DNA of 64,000 nucleotides, taken from NCBI GenBank assembly GCA_039028615.1, contig JBCCHT010000036.1, forward strand, positions 64,861 through 128,860, written 5' to 3'. How positions within the stretch are numbered: the first letter of the stretch is position 1; each line of letters opens with the position of its first letter. The position numbers and the translations under genes were made by a program. Below the pieces are notes generated by a model. That model saw only the letters and a program-made list of their open reading frames with translations, searched no databases and was not told where the DNA came from. Of the stretch, positions 54,612-64,000 are shown piece by piece. The stretch comes from Myxococcota bacterium. GTDB lineage: Bacteria > Myxococcota_A > Polyangia > Nannocystales > Nannocystaceae.

Positions 54612-55037
54612 ATGTCCAAAGAACTGCTGCAAGACAACCTCGAGCTGGTGGCCGAACGAAACCCAGACCTGATGGCTGGGTTCTACTCGCTGCTCTTCGA
54701 GCGATATCCCCAGGTGCGCCCGCTGTTCAGCCGCAACTCGCAAGCGGAGCAACAAAAGATGCTGGGCGAAGCACTGACGATGCTGGTCGCCCAGGTCGAC
54801 GACGAGGCGTTCGTGGTCGAGACGATGCGCAGCGTCGGGCGCAAGCACGTCGACTACGGGGTCGAGGACCACATGTACGGCTGGGTTGGCGAGTGCCTGG
54901 TGGAGACGCTCGCCCGAGCCAGCGGCGACGCGTGGAACGATGCGCTCGCGGAAGCCTGGACGGGCGTGGTGCAGACCATCTCCGACATCGCGATCGAGGC
55001 CGGCAAGGCGTATCGCGCGGAGAAGCTCGCGAGCTGA
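54612..55037 (+). CDS. Single-domain globin
   Basis: FYSLLFERYPQVRPLF, QQKML, GRKHVDYGV...Y..VGECL...AW. Confidence 0.9.
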   Translation: MSKELLQDNLELVAERNPDLMAGFYSLLFERYPQVRPLFSRNSQAEQQKMLGEALTMLVAQVDDEAFVVETMRSVGRKHVDYGVEDHMYGWVGECLVETLARASGDAWNDALAEAWTGVVQTISDIAIEAGKAYRAEKLAS

Positions 55038-55050
55038 CCCGCCCCGCGGC

Positions 55051-55986
55051 TCAGCGCTCGTCTTCGGTGCTGGGCCGCGCGCGCGGGTGCGACTGCTCGT
55101 AGACGTCGATGATCTTGCCCAGGCTCAGGTGAGTGTAGCGCTGGGTGGTGGACAAGCTGGCGTGGCCGAGCATGGACTGGATGGTCCGCAGGTCACAGCC
55201 GCTCTCGAGCAGGTGGGTGGCAAAGCTGTGGCGCAGGCCGTGCGGGCTCACGCGAGCTCGCGCTTGCTCGGTGCTGCGGCGCTCGACGAGGTACCGCACC
55301 TGCCGGTCGCCGAGGCGCCCGCCTCGATTACCCAGGAACACGGCCTCGGCGGGCGAGGTCTCGCGCACGAGCTGCTGGCGATGCTCGAGGTACTCGCGCA
55401 GCGCCTTGGTGCCCGCGCGCCCCAGGGGCACGATGCGGTCCTTGCCGCCCTTGCCTCGAACGACGCGAATGAGCAGGGTGTCGCGGTCCCAGCGCAGGTT
55501 TTGGTGGTCGAGCCGCACGCACTCGCTGACGCGGAGGCCCGCGCCGTACAGTACCTCGAGCACGGCCTTGTCGCGGAGGCGACGGGCAAGGGCGGGAGGG
55601 CGCTCGTGCTCGGCAGGCGCCTCGATCATCGAGGCGACGTCGTCGACGGGCAGCGCGACGGGGAGCCTCTGCCCGCGCTTGGGGTTTTGAATGAGGGCGG
55701 CCTCGTTGTCCTGGACGAGCCCTTGCTGGCGCAGGTACTCGCCAAAGCGGCGCAGCGCGGAGAGCTTGCGCGACATGGTGCTCGGCGCCCGCTTGGCGTG
55801 CATCTTGGCCAGGTGCGCCCGGACCTGCCGCACCTTCAGGTCGGCGGGAGTCGGCTCGCGACCGGTGCGCTCCTCCACCGTGTCGAGGAACTGCTCGATG
55901 TCACGCCGATAGGCCCGCACCGTGTTGGGTGAAGCCCGCACCTCCTCTTCGAGGTGCTGAACGAAGCGTGCGAGCGCGTCCCGCAT
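55051..55986 (-). CDS. xerC: Tyrosine recombinase XerC
   Basis: SPNTVRAYRRD, LYGAGLRVSE, GKGGKDRIVP, PHGLRHSFATHLL, LGHASLSTTQRYT. Confidence 0.88.
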   Translation of the reverse strand: MRDALARFVQHLEEEVRASPNTVRAYRRDIEQFLDTVEERTGREPTPADLKVRQVRAHLAKMHAKRAPSTMSRKLSALRRFGEYLRQQGLVQDNEAALIQNPKRGQRLPVALPVDDVASMIEAPAEHERPPALARRLRDKAVLEVLYGAGLRVSECVRLDHQNLRWDRDTLLIRVVRGKGGKDRIVPLGRAGTKALREYLEHRQQLVRETSPAEAVFLGNRGGRLGDRQVRYLVERRSTEQARARVSPHGLRHSFATHLLESGCDLRTIQSMLGHASLSTTQRYTHLSLGKIIDVYEQSHPRARPSTEDER

Positions 55987-56055
55987 GCCTCGATCCTAGC
56001 CGACTGAGGCTCAAACGCCCAAGAATCGCGACTGAGAACGCCGTTCTATATTAAA

Positions 56056-56071
56056 CTGAACAAAAATACAG
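56056..56071. promoter_or_regulatory. LexA (SOS) box
   Basis: CTGAACAAAAATACAG is CTG-N10-CAG; its reverse complement ends GTTCAG like the Myxococcus LexA box; it abuts the -10-like TATCAT of dnaE2. Confidence 0.75.
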
Positions 56072-56088
56072 TATCATCTCGGCCGCCG

Positions 56089-59181
<3,093 letters not shown>

Positions 59182-59243
59182 GCCCCGGCGGGCGCGCAAA
59201 GACTGCGTAGTGCGACGGTCCTGCTCCGCGGTATCGTTCGCCC

Positions 59244-60281
59244 GTGACGAGGACCCCTCCCCGCTCCGAAGCCGCCGCCCGGGCGCTGACGCTGGTCGAA
59301 TCGCTCCAACGCCGCTTCGTCACCGCGCTCGAGGACACGAGTGCAGGGCAAGGTGCTGCGCTGCGCTTCACCGAGGTCGAGTGGCTCCGCGACGAGGGGC
59401 GCCACGGCGGCGGCACGCGCTTCGAGGTCGGGGACACCCCCGTGTTCAACCGGGCCTCGGTGAACGTCTCGCAGGTCCACTACGACGACGATCCGAACAA
59501 GCGCCTCGCCTCGGCGACCGCGCTGTCGACCATCGTGCACCCTCGCCATCCGCACGCGCCCTCGGTGCACATTCACATCAGCTGGACGCAGATGCGCAGC
59601 GGCAAGGCGTACTGGCGCATGATGGCGGACCTCAACCCGTCCATCCCGCACGAGCCGGCCACGCGAGCGTACGAAGCCGCGCTGGAGGCCGCCGCGCCCG
59701 AGCAGCACGCCGACGCGATGGCGGCCGGAGACCGCTACTTTCACATCCCCGCGCTGAAGCGCCATCGCGGGGTCTATCACTTCTATCTTGAGGGGTACGT
59801 GACCGAAGATGCGGCGGCGGACGAAGCCCTCGCGAACACCATCGGCACGGCGGCGATCGACACCTACGTCGAGGTCCTGACCGCGGCGTTGCGGAGTGCC
59901 ACCGAGCCCGCGGAGGCCGACATCCAGGCGCAGCTGCACTACCACACGCTGTACCTGTTTCAGGTCCTCACCCTCGACCGCGGGACGACGTCGGGCCTGT
60001 TGGTGCACGACCAAAACGACGTGGGGATCCTGGGTTCGCTGCCCTCGCACGTCGACCGCGACCTGCTGGCGTCATGGCGCGACCGCCTGCAATCCCCTCA
60101 AGATGGGCTGCTCGATGCGCTGGTCGCCGCCCTCGGATCTCGGTCGCCCGCGCCCGTGGATCTCGACACCAAGCGAGCGCTGGCTCGGGTCGTGCGCGAG
60201 CACTACCGGGCCCACCCCGAAGCGCTGTCGATGCAGGCGTCCGGCACGGTGATTCCCCCGACGGTCGCCAACCATCGCTGA
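59244..60281 (+). CDS. hemF: Oxygen-dependent coproporphyrinogen III oxidase
   Basis: GGG...VFNRASVNVS, IVHPRHPHAPSVH, DRYFHIPALKRHRG, DRGT..GL...ILGSLP. Confidence 0.82.
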   Translation: MTRTPPRSEAAARALTLVESLQRRFVTALEDTSAGQGAALRFTEVEWLRDEGRHGGGTRFEVGDTPVFNRASVNVSQVHYDDDPNKRLASATALSTIVHPRHPHAPSVHIHISWTQMRSGKAYWRMMADLNPSIPHEPATRAYEAALEAAAPEQHADAMAAGDRYFHIPALKRHRGVYHFYLEGYVTEDAAADEALANTIGTAAIDTYVEVLTAALRSATEPAEADIQAQLHYHTLYLFQVLTLDRGTTSGLLVHDQNDVGILGSLPSHVDRDLLASWRDRLQSPQDGLLDALVAALGSRSPAPVDLDTKRALARVVREHYRAHPEALSMQASGTVIPPTVANHR

Positions 60282-60456
60282 GCCGTCCGACATCCCACGA
60301 CAACGGCCCTCGATTCTCGCGGGGGCCCTCGGGGGCATGAGCCTTCGACGCGTCCACGCCCGGCGGCATTCCAACGTGCGACGGCCTCGCCTTGAAATGC
60401 CATCGTAATTACGGCCCCGAACCCAATGGCAGAGTGGATCGTATAGCCTCTTGTTG

Positions 60457-62625
60457 GTGGTCGTTCCTGACGCACACGGTCCGCAGTCCGAGCTCGACGA
60501 TCGTTCGCAGGACGTCACCCTCCCGCAGGATCAAGACACGGCGATCTCGGGGGCCGACATCCGCACGGGAGACCCCGGACCCGAAACCACCGAAGACCCG
60601 CTGCTGTCGCCCGGCGACACCCTCGGACGCTTCTCCATCACCCGGGTGCTCGGTCAGGGCGGCATGGGAGTGGTGTACGCGGCCCGAGACCCCGACCTGG
60701 GGCGCGAGCTGGCGGTCAAGGTGCTGCACCGCTCGGTCGACGATGCGGACGAGCGCGCTCGGGCGCGATTGCTCCGAGAGGCGCGGGCCATGGCGAGCGT
60801 CTCGCACCCGAACCTGGTGACCGTGTACGACGTGGGTCGGCACGAGGGCCAGGTGTTCATCGCGATGGAGCTGGTCCGTGGCCAGACGCTGGGACAGTGG
60901 CAGCGTAGCGAGCCTCATGACTGGCGCGAGGTGCTGCGCATGTATCACCAGGCGGCGCAGGGCTTGGTGGCGGCGCACGAGGACGGGCTCGTTCACCGCG
61001 ACTTCAAGCCGAGCAACGTGCTGGTGAGCACCAAGGGTCGGGTGCAGGTGGTGGACTTCGGGCTCGCGCGGGCGGTGAGCACGGGCGACGCGGTGCAGGC
61101 GGTTCAACCCTCCCCCGCCGATGCGATCGCGCAGGCGGACCGCGAAGCGCTGGCCACCGATCTGACCAGAACCGGGGCTCTGGCGGGCACGCCCGCGTAC
61201 ATGGCCTCCGAGCAGTTCCGTGGCGAGGCCACCGACGCCCGGACCGACCAGTTCGCGTTTTGTGTCGCGCTTTGGGAGGGGTTGTTCGGCGAGCGACCGT
61301 TTGCGGGGGCGACTCCGGTGGCGCTCATGCTCGCGGTCATCGAAGACGAGCGTCGAGCGGCGCCAACCGAGACCGAGGTGCCCCCCCGGATCATCGAGGC
61401 ACTGGAGCGAGGCCTGGCCTCGGACCCGGGCCGACGCTTCGCGGACATGAGCGCGCTGCTCGAGCAGCTGCGGGTCGAGTCGGAACCCACGGCGACGCCC
61501 ACGATGGGCAGCCCCTGGCGATGGCTCGGAGCGGCCGCGCTCGTCGGTGTCGCCGGGCTGGGGCTCTACCTCGCGATGCCGAGCAAACCCGCCGACCCGG
61601 TGCCACAGACGCCCCCACCGGAGCAGACGGAGCCCACGCCCGCGGTCGAGCCCCCCAAGGTCGGTCTGGCGGCCATCGATGGCTATACGACCCGCAAGAA
61701 CTTCCGCAGCACGGCGACGCTGTGGGAGGCGGCGGCACGCGACTTTCAACGCGCATGCGAGGCCACGCCGGACCATGCCCGCTGGTGCGCGGCGTGGCAC
61801 TTCAGCCAGGGGCAGACCTTGCTCGAGCGACACGAGCCCGCAGCCGCCGAGGCGCCCCTGAACAAGGCGGCGTCGATCGATCCGAAATGGGCGCTGCCGC
61901 ACCTCGGCCTCGCGGGCGCATATCGGCTCCAGGGGCGCTTCGACGACGCGCTCGAGGCCTCGATCGTGGCGCAAGGGCTGGCGCCCGATCTATGGCTGAC
62001 CGTGTCCTCGGCCGCCTCGACCCATGTCGCTGCCGAGCGTCTCGACGAGGCGATCGACGAGTACCTTCGGGCGCTGGAGCTCGCCCCGGAGCAGCCCGAT
62101 CTGCTCGCCTCGTTGGCGCTCGTCTATCACGCGCACGAGCTCGACTCTCAGGCGGAGCGCTACGCCAACAAAGCGCTGGAAAAAGACCCGGAGAGCATGC
62201 CGGCCCTGATGCTGCTGGCCGAGCGCGGGCTCGAGGCGGGTGACGGCGCCACGGCGCTGGCCTTCGCCGACCGAGCGGTGGCCGTGGGCCCGCAGAGCGT
62301 CTCGGCGTGGCTCGCCCGTGGGGATGCGCTGCTGCTGCTCGATCGCAAGACGGAGGCGCAGACCTGCCTGACCCGTGCGGTGCAGCTGCTGTCGATCGAC
62401 AAGGATCACGGGGCGCCCGCGGAGCGGCTCGAGCGGGTGCAGCAGGCCCTGCTCGAGGGCGAGACCCCGCCGCCTCGCTACGGCGAGGGTGCGGTCGGCA
62501 AGCTGCGCTCACGCAAGGCCGAGGAGGAACCCGAGTCGCCCGCGCCCGTGCTTCAGCGCTCGCGCAAAGCCAAGCCGGCGAAGAAGGCCAAGGGTCACGA
62601 CGCGGACGACCCCTTCGGCGGCTGA
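60457..62625 (+). CDS. Membrane Ser/Thr protein kinase with C-terminal TPR repeats
   Basis: LGQGGMGVVY, LAVK, HRDFKPSNV, DFGLA, GTPAYM, a TM segment and TPRs; the ORF track starts at 60451. Confidence 0.93.
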   Translation: MVVPDAHGPQSELDDRSQDVTLPQDQDTAISGADIRTGDPGPETTEDPLLSPGDTLGRFSITRVLGQGGMGVVYAARDPDLGRELAVKVLHRSVDDADERARARLLREARAMASVSHPNLVTVYDVGRHEGQVFIAMELVRGQTLGQWQRSEPHDWREVLRMYHQAAQGLVAAHEDGLVHRDFKPSNVLVSTKGRVQVVDFGLARAVSTGDAVQAVQPSPADAIAQADREALATDLTRTGALAGTPAYMASEQFRGEATDARTDQFAFCVALWEGLFGERPFAGATPVALMLAVIEDERRAAPTETEVPPRIIEALERGLASDPGRRFADMSALLEQLRVESEPTATPTMGSPWRWLGAAALVGVAGLGLYLAMPSKPADPVPQTPPPEQTEPTPAVEPPKVGLAAIDGYTTRKNFRSTATLWEAAARDFQRACEATPDHARWCAAWHFSQGQTLLERHEPAAAEAPLNKAASIDPKWALPHLGLAGAYRLQGRFDDALEASIVAQGLAPDLWLTVSSAASTHVAAERLDEAIDEYLRALELAPEQPDLLASLALVYHAHELDSQAERYANKALEKDPESMPALMLLAERGLEAGDGATALAFADRAVAVGPQSVSAWLARGDALLLLDRKTEAQTCLTRAVQLLSIDKDHGAPAERLERVQQALLEGETPPPRYGEGAVGKLRSRKAEEEPESPAPVLQRSRKAKPAKKAKGHDADDPFGG

Positions 62626-64000
62626 GCACCGTGCGGTCGCTCCATCGGGTCACGGCCGAGCACGAAGACGTCGAGCCACGCGACCTCGACCGGCCCGCCG
62701 TCGGTGACCACCAGCTCGATCACGCCGTAGCCCGCCTCGAACTCGGTGCCCGTAGGCAACGGGTAGTCGTGCCATCCCGGGCGTAGAGCCAGCGTAGAGC
62801 CGTCCCCCCACCCCTCCACGCGAAGCTCGGAGACCTCGCCGGCCCATAGACGCAGGCGCCCATCGAGCACCAAGCCTTGTCGCAGCGGCAGCCCGACCAC
62901 GGCCCGCTCTTCGATGACGCGCGCTTGATGGCCTCCCCGACGATGCGGTGCACCGAGGCCCGACAGCGCCCAGCGCGAGTCATGGATCCACAGCCGCTCG
63001 TACCCCTTGTCGTCTCCGCGCGAGCGTACCAGCGCCCAGCCCACAGCCTCGTCGTAGGCCCCGGGTTCCGCCCCCGTGCGTGCGGCGAAGACCCAGTTGG
63101 CCGGCCACGAGCCGGGCGTGCCCACCGTCTCGAACCCCGAGTCCAGGGGCATTCCGAAGGCCCGCGACCAGGCCGGTGCCAGCGACTGCGGCACACCTCG
63201 CTGCAACCGTGCCTCGAGATAGTCGGCCTGCATCTGCATGGACAGGCGAACGGCGGCCAAGCTGAATAGCAGGACGACCCCGCGCTTCCACTTCGCGCCG
63301 CGAACCAGCGGTTCGAGCACGACCGCCCAGCCGACACCGAACGCCACCGTGCACCCCACCAAGCGCCGCGCCCCGAAGGCCCAGCCGCCCCACCAATCCG
63401 CGACGGCACCGCAGACGAAGACCTCCAGGATCACCGCCACCACCAGCGCCCGGGACAAGCCGCGAACGGGACCCCGCCGCACGGCACCGACGAGCAAGCC
63501 TCCGAGGGCAACCGCGACCGCGGGCGACCAGGCCAGCAATCCACCCCGACTGGACCACAGTACCCACGACCACTGGCTCTCGGACCACCGCATGAACTGC
63601 GGACCCTGAGGCACGAGCCACGGCTGCCCGTAGGTTTGCTGCCAGACCCACGCCTGCGGCAACCACACGACGAGCGCCACCCCGAACATCACCGCCAGCA
63701 CTCGACCGACATCGGGCAGTGCCGCGCCTCGGCGCCAGGCAATCCCGACGAGCGACAGCGGCACCACCACGAACACGGCATCCTGCGGTCGGACCAACGC
63801 GACCAGGCCGAGCCACAGCCCGGGACTCACGCCCGCTCGCCACCCACGCCGAACATCGCCTCGCACACTGGCGTGCACCAGGCCCGCCACCGCGAACGCC
63901 GAGGCGGCATGCGACCAGCTGGGCTGCCGCGTCATGTACCACCACAGCGGGGTCGCGAGCGCGGCCAACACGATCACCACGCCGACGGTTCGCGGCAGAA
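62595..64000 (-). CDS. Multi-pass membrane protein, GT-C/PMT-like glycosyltransferase (5' end probably outside the window)
   Basis: ATPLWWY...SHAAS, LVRPQD, GLLAWSP, WWGGWAFGARR; 31-bp convergent overlap with the kinase. Confidence 0.65.
   Translation of the reverse strand, partial: LPRTVGVVIVLAALATPLWWYMTRQPSWSHAASAFAVAGLVHASVRGDVRRGWRAGVSPGLWLGLVALVRPQDAVFVVVPLSLVGIAWRRGAALPDVGRVLAVMFGVALVVWLPQAWVWQQTYGQPWLVPQGPQFMRWSESQWSWVLWSSRGGLLAWSPAVAVALGGLLVGAVRRGPVRGLSRALVVAVILEVFVCGAVADWWGGWAFGARRLVGCTVAFGVGWAVVLEPLVRGAKWKRGVVLLFSLAAVRLSMQMQADYLEARLQRGVPQSLAPAWSRAFGMPLDSGFETVGTPGSWPANWVFAARTGAEPGAYDEAVGWALVRSRGDDKGYERLWIHDSRWALSGLGAPHRRGGHQARVIEERAVVGLPLRQGLVLDGRLRLWAGEVSELRVEGWGDGSTLALRPGWHDYPLPTGTEFEAGYGVIELVVTDGGPVEVAWLDVFVLGRDPMERPHGAQPPKGSSAS

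Noticed and set aside
52327..55986. Integron: small ORF array near a tyrosine recombinase
   Set aside because: No attC-like RYYYAAC...GTTRRRY repeats seen between the ORFs, and the recombinase looks like XerC without an evident IntI insertion.
60391..60420. Sigma32-like CTTGAAA...CCCCGA and palindrome CGTAATTACG upstream of the kinase
   Set aside because: Poor -10 match and a single occurrence; the start-proximal TAGCCT explains the promoter better.

Overview
High-GC bacterial DNA with a myxobacterial gene complement (FHA-domain sigma54 activator, PilZ protein, FHA and TPR proteins, Ser/Thr kinase, two Hsp70s); the taxon is an inference from gene content. Most of the window is housekeeping or signalling: dnaK (partial, absent from the ORF track), lon, parAB, folD, a group-2 sigma70, psd, glnB-glnA, pyrK-pyrD, rimI, engB, coaE, a sirtuin with an ECF sigma/anti-sigma pair, a second Hsp70 with a J-domain partner, glnS, xerC, dnaE2 and hemF. 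Main observations: (1) a two-subunit NAD-linked formate dehydrogenase whose alpha subunit is split in the ORF track by an in-frame UGA at the catalytic position followed by a SECIS-like hairpin, so it is very likely a selenoprotein; (2) an Rhs polymorphic toxin ending in a Fic/Doc-like domain, followed by four small immunity/antitoxin-like ORFs, one resembling the Xre/MbcA/ParS toxin-binding domain and one interrupted by a TGA; (3) a TANNNT -10 box 6-7 nt upstream of the start codon of at least eight genes, suggesting widespread leaderless mRNAs; (4) a 60-aa small gene with its own RBS and terminator, divergent from parA; (5) an SOS box between divergent xerC and dnaE2; (6) a long structured 3' region after the sigma70 gene. 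No rRNA, tRNA, CRISPR array or transposase was recognised. All family calls come from motif recognition by eye; no database searches were run.
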